A stretch of DNA of 64,000 nt. It comes from Octopus vulgaris. Taxonomy: Eukaryota. Below, in pieces: positions 12,055 through 24,960 of the stretch. Location: contig OX597819.1 of the NCBI GenBank assembly GCA_951406725.2, forward strand, positions 25,048,001-25,112,000, in the 5' to 3' direction. Both the position numbers and the translations under genes were made by a program. Each line of letters begins with the position of its first letter. Position 1 is the stretch's first letter. The notes below the pieces were generated by a model. That model saw only the letters and a list, made by a program, of their open reading frames with translations, was not told the origin of the DNA and did no database searches.

Positions 12055-12300
12055 CCCTTTTAAAGCCTAGACAGCTTCATGGGCCTGGTTTCCTGGGTTT
12101 CTATGGCGTATGTGTTCCCCAGCTGGACGGGACGCCAGTCCATCGCAGCGTTACTCATTTTTGCCAGCTGAGTGGACTGGAGCAATGTGAAATAAAGTGT
12201 TTTGCTCAAGGACACAACATGTCGCCCACTCCAGGAATTGAAACCACAGTCTTACAATCATGATGCTGACACGCTAACCACTAAGCCACGTGCCTCCCAC
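12055..12300 (-). mobile_element. tRNA-derived SINE type C
   Basis: Reverse strand: GTGGCTTAGTGGTTAG, GGTTTCAATTCC, CORE-like TGTGTCCTTGAGCAA, then a GCGATGGACTGGCGTCCCGTCCAG module. Confidence 0.8.
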
Positions 12301-12593
12301 ATATATATCTATATCTATTTATATTATATTTCAGGGTGGTCATTTTTTTTCCAAATAAACATGTGCACTATATATTCGTCCTTCACTTCAGCTTTATCAT
12401 TGTTCTTATTTTATGTCCTTTGTCTGTAAATCATTCATCACACATCCTGTGACCTCTTCAGTAACTCTCTGTTCCAAGTGTCTCCTCCTACACACATATG
12501 TATATATATATGTGTGTGTGTGTGTGTGTGCGTATATAGCTATAGATAAGTATGATTCAGGGATTCAAATGTAGGAAGTTAGCAAGCATTTAT

Positions 12594-12810
12594 GCAGCTA
12601 GCAGAAATGTTAAGAAATGCCTAGTGTTATTTCGTCTGCCAATGCATTCCGAGTTCAAATTCCGCTGAGGTCGACTTTGCCTTTCATTCTTTTGGGGTCG
12701 GTTAAATAAGTACAAGTTAATCACTGGGGTCGATGTCATCGACTTAATCCCCTTGTCTGTCCTTGTTTGTCCCCTCTATGTTTAGCCCCCTGTAGGCAAT
12801 AAAGAAATAA
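12594..12810 (+). mobile_element. SINE type D
   Basis: Matches the 9840 unit. Confidence 0.85.
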
Positions 12811-13251
12811 AACACAAAGGTGAACCATTAAATGATAAAACAAGTTTATTAACATTGTTCATTGCACACTCACCCTATACCAACCTAGTATCAAAAGTAG
12901 TAATAAATTGCGATAATATGCAAACATGAAAATGCCACACACACACACACACACACACGTGCGTGCACACACACACACACACACACGTGCGTGCACACAC
13001 ACACACACACACACACACTCTCTCTCTCTTTCTTTAAAGCATATATGTTGGCCAGTTGAGAGGGATTTATGTCGTACTGATTTGAATCTGCAAAAATGAG
13101 TTTAAAAACGAAAGCTTATAATTACTAAAAGACATGGTGTATAGAAGTCGTGTTGTACCAATGTTTCTGATTCCATGTTTAGTGACTTTGAAGTTAAAAC
13201 GTGTCACCTGTTTTAACTGACTGAAACAATTTAGCTGTGTAATATTGTGTT

Positions 13252-13562
13252 CACGTAAAAAACACCATCTGAGCGTGGCCGTTCGCCAGCCTCGTCTGGC
13301 ACCTGTGTCCGTGGCATGTAAAAAAAACACCATCCGAGCGTGGCCGTTCGCCAGCCTCATCTGGCACCTGTGTCGGTGGCACATAAAAAGCACCCACTAC
13401 ACACATGGAGTGGTTGGCGTTAGGAAGGGCATCCAGCTGTAGAAACACTGCCAGATCTGACTGGCCTGGTGCAGCCTTTGGGCTTCCCAGACCCCAGTTG
13501 AACCATCCAACCCATGCTAGCATGGAAAGCAGACGTTAAACGATGATGATGATGATGATGAT
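13252..13562 (+). mobile_element. Element type E with two internal units
   Basis: Same 3' body and (GAT)n tail. Possible imperfect TSD TATTGTGTT/TATTGAGTT. Confidence 0.85.
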
Positions 13563-13759
13563 TATTGAGTTACTAACCTAGTCACATATACTTCCCTATT
13601 ATCATAGACAATGTTGGTACCAAGGAAATAGTAGATGAAGGAAGAGATACTTAAAATTGCTATCAGAAGGAAGGAAATCAAGTGGGTTGGTTAGTATTGA
13701 AACAGGGGATAATTAGCCAGTAGTGGTAGCAAAGGTGCCAGCTGCAATATCTGTTTTCT

Positions 13760-14130
13760 TTTATTTGTTTCTGTAGTTGGACCATGACCCTGCTGGGGCA
13801 CTGCTTTGATGAGTTTAGTTGAAGAATTTGACCATTGTACTTATTTTTAAGCCTGGTACTTACCCTATCAGTCTCTTTTGCTAAACTGCCAAGTTATGGG
13901 ATTGTAAACAAACCAACACCAGTTGTCAAGTGACTGTAGTGGTGGACAAACACAACAGAAACACAAAGGAACACACACACACACACACATGACAGATCTC
14001 TTTGAGTTTCTATCTGCTAAATACACTCACAAGACACTGGACAGTTCAGAGCTATAACAGAAAGCCCTTTTCAGGAACTGAATCCTGAACCATGTTGTTT
14101 GGAAGCAAGCTTCTTAATCACATAGCCACA
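13760..14130 (-). mobile_element. Old diverged SINE type A
   Basis: Colinear but diverged match to type A, including the internal (CA)n. Confidence 0.65.
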
Positions 14131-15382
14131 TGTGTTACAATACTAGCTATAATACTGTATATAGGGCCATCTTTGATGGCAAAAAAAAAAAAAAGAGCCA
14201 TGGCACAAGAACACTAAAACCTAAACAGAATTTCCCTTTCAGCCACAGTAATCAGGTTTGCCTTTCTCATAAGCCACCAGCAAGCCAACAAGGACAGCAC
14301 TCTTCTAGTTTCATTCTTAATTTGCAGAGTTAAGCCAATGAGCACATGAGATGGCAAACATGGTATGGAGTAGTAGAACTGACTGGAGATGAAGGCTTCT
14401 TTACATGATGTAAGGTGTGAGAGGATTATGTTAAGGAGTATGAGAAAACTAGATGTGGTATTAGAATAATGGTGAGAATTTTGGTGATGTCAGCAATATC
14501 AAGGATGTTAGTGGTTTGTTATTATTGCTCTTGTTTAGCTCCAGATTAACCCTTATTGAACTAACTCCTATAATCAAAGCATTCCAGCCATGACTACCCC
14601 ATCTTCCCATAATTATTTTTGATAAAAGGATAGCAGTTGGTCGAGAGATGTTTAGCTGCTATTTCAAATAGGCTAACCTGTCATGTAAAAAAGCTCCCTT
14701 TTGTATAGTAGGTAGCATGTAGTTTGAGGGAGATGTGGCTGCTATTTTAAGCTGGTCTGCTGTCTACGTAGAGGCTCCCTCAGCAGCTCGTGGCTTGTGG
14801 TGGTAGGCAAGGTGGGAAGATGGTTTAGTTCCACTAACTTCAACAGATCATTAGAGATTACTTAAAAACGAAGGCCTGGAATTACTCACACTGCATACTT
14901 TGTTTATACAGCACCTTCAATCATCATTAGAGAGAGAGGGGGGAGAGAGGGGGAGATTGATTTGAACTTGGACTATTTGGGGGACATAAAGAAAAATGAG
15001 GTTAATAATATGTTGCTTAATAACTTCAGACAGTTACCACTTCAGGAGGTTTACAGGATTTTTTTTTTTGTCTTTGAAGGGGTGGAGGGCAACATCTATG
15101 TATGTATGCCAGTTATATTTTATTTTTATTGTTGCTGTTGTTAATATTGATGATGTGTGCACTTAGTTACATGCAGGTGCATTCTTGCTGTGTTGTATAT
15201 TTAGCAGTTCTGTATAAATCACTGACTCTGTGTGTGTGTGTGTGTGTACATGTGTGCATGTACACAAGTGTATATGAGGAGATGAATGAGCATGATCTGT
15301 TTATATGATCTGCAGGTTTATATATATATATATATAAAGGTGTGTATGTATTCTTATGTGTACATGCATATGTCTCTATATA

Positions 15383-15445
<63 letters not shown>

Positions 15446-16439
15446 TCAGATGCACTTTTTTGTTATAATTAGTGAAGTGAAATAATTGAATGTATATGGC
15501 CTGGACTGACTATGAATTAATCCACCTTAACTTCAAACCTGCCAGAATTACTTCAATATATATATTTGGATATAATACTAAATTCTATGTACCTCAATTT
15601 AAAAATCCGTTGCTTATATGTAGCAGAAACCTTGAGAAGGTTACGTGAAGTAGACCAATTGCCATCCAACTGCAAAAGAAATCTATCTCACTGTATTGCT
15701 ACGTAAAATGTACTAAAACACCAGGTCTTAATTTCTGCTTGAGACTTATAGCCTATACAGATATTTTTACCACATATTTGACACTCATCTTCTCATTTCC
15801 ATTTTTATTTTGTCAGTTATTATTTATTCTTTCGTTGGTAGTGTTATATAACCCCAGGTCAGCCCTGATCAAGTAGACTCATGATCAAAGGGTTCCTACC
15901 CATGATTATCCTATTAAGTTTTTTTGGTTTTTTTTCCAACAGTCTACAATACTCAATGTTTTTGTTTATATATTTAAGACAGTGTATGTAATTCCTTCCG
16001 AATAGTGCTGTGCGAGTTGAGAAGTATTTGACTGTTATATCTTGCATGTCATGCACGTTACATACATAGAAGGCCTCTGATTTGCCCGTTTTTGGTATTT
16101 GTTATGTTTTGTGTTAGATTACTTACACAATAATATTCTTGGTGGTGTAGGGGAAGAAGTGGGTAGACTTCTGGTTGCAGGGAAATTTGATTCCGTATGA
16201 AGTTTGTGTATGTATGTATGATTGCAATCACTAATGTTACAGAAACTATACATATAATAAATAAATAAATAAGTAAATAAGTGTGTATATATATATATAT
16301 ATATCTGTTGGTATGTGTATGCATATATATGCAAGTTTCTGTATGTATCTGTTTGTATGTATATATATGTATGTATATATGTGCGTGTGTATATATGTAT
16401 ATGTAGAAATCTATATATTTGTGTATGTTCATATGTATA

Positions 16440-16449
<10 letters not shown>

Positions 16450-16489
<40 letters not shown>

Positions 16490-16517
16490 TATGTATGTAT
16501 ATATATATATATGTATG

Positions 16518-16548
<31 letters not shown>

Positions 16549-16593
16549 ATATATATATATATATATGTATGTATATATATATATATATGTATG

Positions 16594-16624
<31 letters not shown>

Positions 16625-17103
16625 ATATATATATATATATGTATGTATGTGTATATATGTATATATATATATATATGTATGCATGTATATATATATATAT
16701 GTATGCATGTATATATATATATATGTATGCATGTATATATATATATATGTATGCATGTATATATATATATATATGTATGCATGTATATATATATATATGT
16801 ATGCATGTATATATATATATATGTATGCATGTATATCATCATCATCATCATCATCGTTTAACGTCCGCTTTCCATGCTAGCTATATATATATATATATGT
16901 ATGCATGTATATATATATATATATGTATGCATGTATATATATATATATGTATGCATGTATATATATATATATGTATGCATGTATATATATATATATGTAT
17001 GCATGTATATATATATATATGTATGCATGTATATATATATATATATGTATGCATGTATATATATATATATATATGTATGCATGTATATATGTATGTATGT
17101 ATG

Positions 17104-17134
<31 letters not shown>

Positions 17135-17159
17135 TATACATACATGCACACACACATAT

Positions 17160-17208
<49 letters not shown>
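16450..17208. repeat. (TA)n microsatellite grading into a GTATGCATGT(AT)n minisatellite
   Basis: Units of about 22-26 bp from about 16676 to 17090, interrupted at 16835-16881. Confidence 0.95.
16835..16881 (-). mobile_element. Extremely 5'-truncated element type E
   Basis: (ATC)n followed by GTTTAACGTCCGCTTTCCATGCTAGC, the terminal about 26 nt of type E. Confidence 0.8.
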
Positions 17209-17212
<4 letters not shown>

Positions 17213-17744
17213 CTATTCCATAGATGTTTGGAAGGAATTACATACACGCTGCTGGGCTTTGAGAATTCTGATTTTGTTATATTTGATGTACAGCAAATGT
17301 AATGCTGACAATTCATTCTGAAATTGGTGTTGCTTTAAAGGCTTGTTTCTTTCTCATTCTTCTTCTTCTTTCTCTTCTCTTTTTTTTTTTTTTAGTTGAG
17401 TTGCAATAAGGATGAATGACACGAAAAAATGTACGTGTGTGGTCTTTTTCTTTGTGAAATAAGTTGAATTTGGTTCATATTATTAGGTAATCAGAGCCCC
17501 ATTGTAATACTTGGAAGCATAAATGTAGGTATGTGCGTGTAAGTACGAGTGTGTGCAAAAATATTTATGCATCTATATATATATATGTATGTGAAAAAAA
17601 AGTACGTTTGTATTTTCATCTATGCTTAAAGGTATATGTACTCTTATGTAAATGCATACATCTATACATAAAAGTGTTGCTGTATACATTACATACATGT
17701 GTTTATATCTACATACATATACATACTCACATATATAATTGCAT

Positions 17745-17757
17745 GTATGTATGTATG

Positions 17758-17831
<74 letters not shown>

Positions 17832-18009
17832 TGTATGTATATATATATGTATGTATGTATATATATGTATGTATGTATATATATGTATATATATGTATGT
17901 ATTTATGTATATATATATATATGTATATACATCTCTATGTATATATAATTATACATGTCTATATATGTATATATATGTGTATATATGTATTATGTATATA
18001 TATAAATAT

Positions 18010-18059
<50 letters not shown>

Positions 18060-18062
18060 GCT
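17745..18062. repeat. (TA)n/(TATG)n/(CA)n microsatellite
   Basis: Directly visible. Confidence 0.95.
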
Positions 18063-18690
18063 ACACGCACACATATGTGGCTACACCCACACAAGTGCAG
18101 GTGAGTGTACTTGTCTTTGTTGTATCTGCTTATATTCATTTCTGAACATAGTTGTTGTGTGTTTGCATGAAAATGCATGACAATGAATAATATCTTGATA
18201 TTACAGATATGGCTCAACTCAGCATGACTGGGTACTTAAACAAGCAGGAGAAGAGTTAACCTTTCCAAGATAACTGTGTCCAAAGGTTAAGTTTCCTGTA
18301 TGAGTTCAAATGAGATGAATGACTCAAAAATGTCAAATTGGCTATCTAATATCTCTGGTGTTTCTCCATTTACCATATTGTACTTCTGCTGATTAAATAA
18401 TTCTGTTCATACCTATGTCCCTTTTTTATTATGTCTGCATGCCATTCAGGTGAGTGAGGTTCTGTCGTTTAGACATTTACCTCATAACTTTATAGTTCCA
18501 GGTTCAATCTCATTTTGTTGGCTTTCAGGCCGGTATCTTCTATACTATAGCTTCGGATTAGCCAATGCCATCTAAAGAGAATTTGGTGGGTGACAACTGT
18601 GTAGAAGAATTGTTTGCTTATCTGTTTGTTTTTCTGTTTATCTGTCTGCCTGCTTCTGTGTGTGCTTCTCATGTGGTGCCTGCACTAGTG

Positions 18691-18741
<51 letters not shown>

Positions 18742-18743
<2 letters not shown>

Positions 18744-18890
18744 CGACAGGCTTCTTTCAGTTTCCATCTACCAAATCCACTCACAAGGCATTGGTCGGCC
18801 CGGGGCTATAACAGAAGACACTTGCCCAAGATGCCATGCAGTGGGACTGAACCCGGAACCATGTGGTTGGTTAGCAAGCTACTTACCACA
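18742..18890 (-). mobile_element. Inverted partial duplicate of the adjacent SINE A head
   Basis: A 149-bp reverse complement of 18915-19063, with one mismatch seen. Confidence 0.9.
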
Positions 18891-18898
18891 TATATATA

Positions 18899-19060
18899 GG
18901 CACAGGAGTGGCTGTGTGGTAAGTAGCTTGCTAACCAACCACATGGTTCCGGGTTCAGTCCCACTGCATGGCATCTTGGGCAAGTGTCTTCTGTTATAGC
19001 CCTGGGCCGACCAATGCCTTGTGAGTGGATTTGGTAGATGGAAACTGAAAGAAGCCTGTC

Positions 19061-19120
<60 letters not shown>

Positions 19121-19328
19121 TTTGTGTGTCTGTGTTTGTCCCCCTAGCATTGCTTGACAACTGATGCTGGTGGGTTTACGTCCCCGTTACTTAGCGGTTC
19201 GGCAAAAGAGACCGATAAAATAAGTACTGGGCTTACAAAAAATAAGTCCCGGGGTTGATTTGCTCGACTAAAGGCGGTGCTCCAGCATGGCCGCAGTCAA
19301 ATGAATGAAACAATTAAAAAAAAAAAAA
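18899..19328 (+). mobile_element. SINE type A, full length
   Basis: Matches 156-570. Confidence 0.9.
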
Positions 19329-19544
19329 TATATGTATATATATGATTGTGGAGGGAGCATGTGGAAAGGATAGATCCAAGATGTGGGACAAAGTGATGAG
19401 AAAGCTCTTCAACAGGGGACTGATATACTGAGATTCCTGGTGGGTTGCTGTGCTTGAGAAGAGATGTCAAGCTAAGTAAAATCACGTTTGTCCCTTGTGT
19501 CCCTCTTCAGCTGAGCATTCCTAATCTTGTGGGCTTGTGGGTTG

Positions 19545-19752
19545 CTGGTGCCACGTAAAAAGCATCTGTACTAGTGCCATGTAAAATCACCCATGCCAGT
19601 GCACTCTGTAAAATGGTTGGCATTAGGAAGGACATCCAGTTGTAAAAACCATGCCAAAACAGACATGGAGCCCTGGCGGCTCTTCAGCTGGACAACTCCT
19701 GTCAAACTGTCCAACCCATGCCAGCATAGAAAACACATGTTAAATGGCGATG
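19545..19752 (+). mobile_element. Diverged element type E
   Basis: GGTGCCACGTAAAAAGCATC...TGGTTGGCATTAGGAAGGACATCCAG...CCAACCCATGCCAGCAT. Confidence 0.65.
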
Positions 19753-19880
19753 AAGGTCAGTTGTTCAAAACTCTAAAAAAAAAAAAAAAATTCTAAAAGA
19801 TCTTTTTGAAGTGTTGTGTTATGTCTCTGACTAATTACATTTGGCATTTTCAAAGAAGAGGGAATGCAATACAGGATTAA

Positions 19881-20090
19881 CCCTTTCGTTACTGTATTTA
19901 TTTTGAGATGCTCTGTGTTTCTTTCAATTATTTTAAATATAACAAAGAATTTACTAAAATAACTTAATTATCATTAAGCTAGTGTTAGGAACATAAATTG
20001 TGACTAAGGTTTGGTGGAAGATTTTAATTCAAAACTTATGAAAATAAAACATTTTACCACAGAGCCAGAGCCGGTTTAGTAACAAAAGGG
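19881..20090. mobile_element. piggyBac-like MITE
   Basis: TTAA|CCCTTTCGTTACT...AGTAACAAAAGGG|TTAA: a TTAA TSD and CCC/GGG terminal inverted repeats. Confidence 0.85.
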
Positions 20091-20553
20091 TTAAATGGAA
20101 ACTCTTGGAATAACCTGATGATGCAAACTCTGCTTGACCAAGAAGGGAAAGATCCTAAAAAATTCACTTTATCTGGGAGCCATCCTAAATTCAAAAAGTT
20201 ATGTGCTTAAGTCAGTGTTTTCTTGAGGGAAAATTTGTGTGGGAGACCTGGATTTCTCTGCTTGCTAACCCCTTTCAGATACAGCTAGAACTATTGACAG
20301 GAAGATTACTCTATCATGCTCAGAAAGGTTTCCACTTTGTAGAATTTCATTTCAGGGGTTCTTTTCACTATGTTGTTAACCAAGACTGTATTCTTACCTC
20401 CATTAGTAAAGAGGTTATATGCCTCTGGCCATCAGGTCTGATGAGTCACCTTTTTTTCTAAGAGTAATAATTGAGCTAAAGCCACTGGTAACTTTCTGAC
20501 TGACCATAACCAATGACTGCATAAAACGTGTGTGTGTGTATGTATATATATAT

Positions 20554-20849
20554 ATCATCATCATCATCATCATTTAGCGTCCGCTTTCCATGCTATCATG
20601 GGTTGGACGGTTCAACTGGGGTCTGTGAAGCCAGAAGGCTGCATCAGGCCCAGTCTGATCTGTCAGTGTTTCTACGGCTGGATGCCCTTCCTAACGCCAA
20701 CCACTCCTTGAGTGTAGTGGGTGCTTTTTACGTGCCATCCGCACAGGTGCAAGACGGAGCTGGCAAACGGCCATGAACGGATGGTGCTTTTACATGCCAC
20801 CGGCACGGGGGCCAGGCGAGGCTGGCAACGGCCACGAATGGATGGTGCT
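20554..20849 (-). mobile_element. Element type E with two internal units
   Basis: Reverse complement of type E, with (CAT)n at the left end. Confidence 0.85.
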
Positions 20850-20852
20850 ACT

Positions 20853-20896
<44 letters not shown>

Positions 20897-21835
20897 GATG
20901 TGTGTGTGTGTATTAGTGTGTAAATAAAAGCTTAAGTAGCAAAAATTCTATTCATTATAAAATATTATATCTCTCCCTGCCATAAACTAGCTGTATATCA
21001 TAAACAAAAAACAAGATAAATAAATAATCCTAATAGCCGATGCATATTTATATGTATGCTTGTATTTAGGAAAGTGTGTGTCTATGTATACACTTGTGTG
21101 TAAATATGCATCTGTGTATGCCAGCATCTGTGCATATACACATACATATCTACAATTCTACAGTTCTATGTTGTCAGTCACTTCCTCACAAATATGAAAT
21201 ATTAAAATCTATTATACAAGATGACTGCTCATAGAATAAGCAGAAACAAAATGATACAGCCATAATTATTACCAATGTCATCGTGACTTAAATTTTAAAT
21301 ACCAATGTCATTATGACCTTAGTAATATAATTAATATAATTACCACTGTCATCCGCATCTTAGTATAGTTAATCTACAGTTTCATTCTGGAGTATTGTTA
21401 CTAAATATTGGGATTAAGAATACAATAATAGACCCTATGTAATGGCTATTACTGATCCCTTTTCCTTCCACTCGTATAATATGCACTAATGTTTAGTACA
21501 TCACTTCTTTCTCAAACACTGAGAGAAAGAAACGTTCTGGTAACTTCTCTCTGTTTTTGGCACTGATTTTTTTTTGTAAAGGTTAACTGTTCATATGTGA
21601 TGGGGTGGAGGAGATAAAGGAGAGGTCAAGCTTTTGATGTAAGTTAATAATTAACTAATTTTATGCGACTCTGATTTTAGTCTCTTCCTGACCTCATGCC
21701 GCTGACCTAAGTAGTACCATCTGCTCTGTGTCTTCTTGCTTGTATTGTCCACCTGTTGTGTGAAAAAGAATTACAACTGGTAGACTAAGTTAGCAGACGG
21801 GAAGTTGTTTCTCTCTCTTACATCATACACATGGG

Positions 21836-22508
21836 ATGCACACACCACACATGCATGCACACACCACACACGCTTGCACACACCACACATGCATGCACAC
21901 ACCACACACACATGCACACACCACACACGCATGCACACACCACACACGCATGCACACACCACACATGCATGCACACACCACACACGCATGCACACACCAC
22001 ACATGCATGCACACACCACACGCATGCACACACCACACATGCATGCACACACCACACACGCATGTACACACCACACACTCATGCACACACCACACATGCA
22101 TGCACACACCACACATGCATGCACACACCACACACACATGCACACACCACACACGCATGCACACACCACACACGCATGCACACACCACACACGCATGCAC
22201 ACACCACACATGCATGCACACACCACACACGCATGCACACACCACACACACATGCACACACCACACATGCATGCACACACCACACACACATGCACACACC
22301 ACACACGCATGCACACACCACACACGCATGTACACACCACACACGCATGCACACACCACACACGCATGCACACACCACACACGCATGCACACACCACACA
22401 CGCATGCACACACCACACACGCATGTACACACCACACACGCATGCACACACCACACACGCATGCACACACCACACACGCATGCACACACCACGCACACAT
22501 GCATGCAC
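21836..22508. repeat. 19-bp minisatellite (ATGCACACACCACACACGC)n, about 35 units
   Basis: A regular tandem array with a few variant units. Confidence 0.95.
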
Positions 22509-22841
22509 ATAAACACCCCGAGGCACGTACATATTTTTACTGCTTTCCTGACTGCAACTCTGCTGGGACATCATTCTCAAAATTTTGTATCAATCATATC
22601 TAAACTAGTATTTACTTAGCCTGCTACTCCTTTTATAAATTTCCTTATCATATTGTCCAGTTTAATTGTATAATTTCATTTGGTCAGCCAAAAACAAACT
22701 GGATAAAACTTCAAAATTCAGCAAATGCCTTGTCTATATCGTCAGTCAACCATTTTGGCCAGAGAGTGTACAATGTTCTACAGCAAAATATACATATACA
22801 TGCTGTACAAAAAATATACAATGATGTATGCAATGTTTTGG

Positions 22842-22876
<35 letters not shown>

Positions 22877-23192
22877 GTTTAGTGTTCGCTTTCCATGCTA
22901 GCATGGGTTGGACGGTTCTGCTGGGGTCTGGGAAGCCAGAAGGCTGCACCAGGCCCAGTTTGATCTGGCAATGTTTCTACGGCTGAATGCCCTTCCTAAC
23001 GCCAACCACTCCATGAGTGTAGTGGGTGCTTTTTACGTGCTACCGTCATAGGTGCCAGACGAGTCTGGCAAACGGCCATGATCAGATGGTGCTTTTTATG
23101 TGCCACCGGCACGGGGGCCAGGCTAGGCTGGCGAACGGCCACAAACGGATGGTGCTTTTTACGTGCCACCGGCACTTGGCTGGCAATGGCCA
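22842..23192 (-). mobile_element. Element type E with 2-3 internal units
   Basis: Reverse complement of type E. Confidence 0.85.
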
Positions 23193-23421
23193 GACTTGTC
23201 TGTTGCATTGGTTACTTGAAATATGTTGAATTACTGGCTTGTGGATTACATTGGTCATCTGAGATATAGATTACAGGTTTTTGATTTCATATGGACGTGA
23301 CTTATTATTGTTGTTGTTGCTTACCTCTTGGCCAGCTTTCATGGATAAAAATCTCTAGATAAAGGATTTCCAGTCTTAACCATTCTATCCTGTTTATGTA
23401 CATAATGTGTCTAGGATTATA

Positions 23422-23632
23422 TTACTCTTTACTCTTTACTCTTTTACTTGTTTCAGTCATTTGACTGCGGCCATGCTGGAGCACCGCCTTTTAGTCGAGC
23501 AAATCAACCCCGGGACTTATTCTTTGTAAGCCCAGTACTTATTCTATCGGTCTCTTTTTGCCGAACCGCTACGCAGTGGGACTGAACCCGCAACCGTGTG
23601 GTTGGTTAGCAAGCTACTTACCACACAGCCAC
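23422..23632 (-). mobile_element. SINE type A with internal deletion
   Basis: Tail and head are joined at CCGCTA|CGCAGTGGG (about 23571). The middle about 200 bp, including the microsatellite, is missing. Confidence 0.85.
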
Positions 23633-24299
23633 ATCCAGCATGTCCATTTTTTTTAATCATTTATTGAAGTTAGTAGGGTGTACTCTGAGGGTGCAATCAT
23701 AGGCATGTACTAGACTGTTTGTTCCACAAAAAAAAAAAAAAAGTTTATAAATGCAATATATTTGTTAGCAACAGGAGAGAATTTTAATGTTTTTCTAATG
23801 GAGGACTCTGCTGGAAATGTCAACATTCCATTCTCACAGCACATGTGTATTCCATTTGCACATTTATTGAACTGAGTTTTGCTGACACAGACCACCAGTA
23901 AGTAGTTCCTGTAGACAGTAATTTTTGTTCAACTTCGAGTTCACCCTGACTGAGTACACTTATTATCGAGGTCATTCTAGCTGTAACCATCACATCTATT
24001 TCGTTTTTGTTTCTTTTCTATTGTGAAGCAAAGTATTTCTGAGACTACATTATTTAATGTGTTTTTTTGTTTTTTTTATAGTAGAGGGAGGTGATCTCGA
24101 GGCCATTTGGTTGCTATTTGTAGTGGGTTCGTTTTGTAATTGCATAGTTTCTGGTTTGATTCTCACTGTGGTGCCCTGTTTCAAAAATGTCTTCTATCAT
24201 ACCCTTGAGTTGAGAAATACCTCATGAGTGAAACGTAGTTGACAGAAACTGTATGGAAGCGAGCTGTATAAGGTATTATACCTTATACGGCGAGCTTAA

Positions 24300-24530
24300 A
24301 AGGTGGCGAGCTGGCAGAAACGTTAGCACGCCTGGCGAAATGCTTAGCGGAATTTTGTCTGCCGTTACGTTCTGAGTTCAAATTCCGCCGAGGTCAACTT
24401 TGCCTTTCATCCTTTCGGGGACGATTAAATAAGTACCAGTTACGCACTGGGGTCGATATAATCGACTTAATCCGTTTGTCTGTCCTCTCTGTGTTTAGCC
24501 CCTTGTGGGTAGTAAAGAAATAGGTATTTT
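24300..24530 (+). mobile_element. SINE type D
   Basis: AGGTGGCGAGCTGGCAGAAACGTTAGC...AAAGAAATAGG. Confidence 0.88.
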
Positions 24531-24536
24531 ACCTTA

Positions 24537-24695
24537 TACAGTGTCATTCTGGAGTATTGTTACTAAATATTGGGATTAAGAATACAATAATAAACCCTAT
24601 GTAAGGGCTTTAACTGATCCTTTTACCTTACACTCATACAATATGCACTAATGTTTAGTACATCACTTCTTTCTGAAACACTGAGAGAAAGAAAC
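24537..24695 (+). repeat. 159-bp direct duplicate of 21375-21533
   Basis: Same length and colinear from TACAGT to GAGAGAAAGAAAC, with scattered substitutions. Confidence 0.9.
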
Positions 24696-24723
24696 CGCCT
24701 TATACAGTATAAGGAAACTGTAT

Positions 24724-24960
24724 AAGGTGGTGAGCTGGCAGAAATGTTAGAATGCCGGGTGAAATGCTTAGCAGTATTTCGTCTGCCGCCATGTCCTGAG
24801 TTCAAATTCCGCCGAGGTCAATTTTGCCTTTCATCCTTTCAGGGTCGATAAATTAAGTGCCAGTTACGCACTGGGGTCGATGTAATCGACTTAATCACTT
24901 TGTCTGTCCTTGTTTGTCCCCTCTATGTTTAGCCCTTGTGGGCTATAAAGAAATAAGAAA
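24724..24960 (+). mobile_element. SINE type D
   Basis: Matches the 24300 copy. Confidence 0.88.

Noticed and set aside
18256-18290. TTAA-CCTTT...AAAGG-TTAA as a micro piggyBac element
   Set aside because: The inverted repeat is only 9 bp in AT-rich DNA and is compatible with chance.
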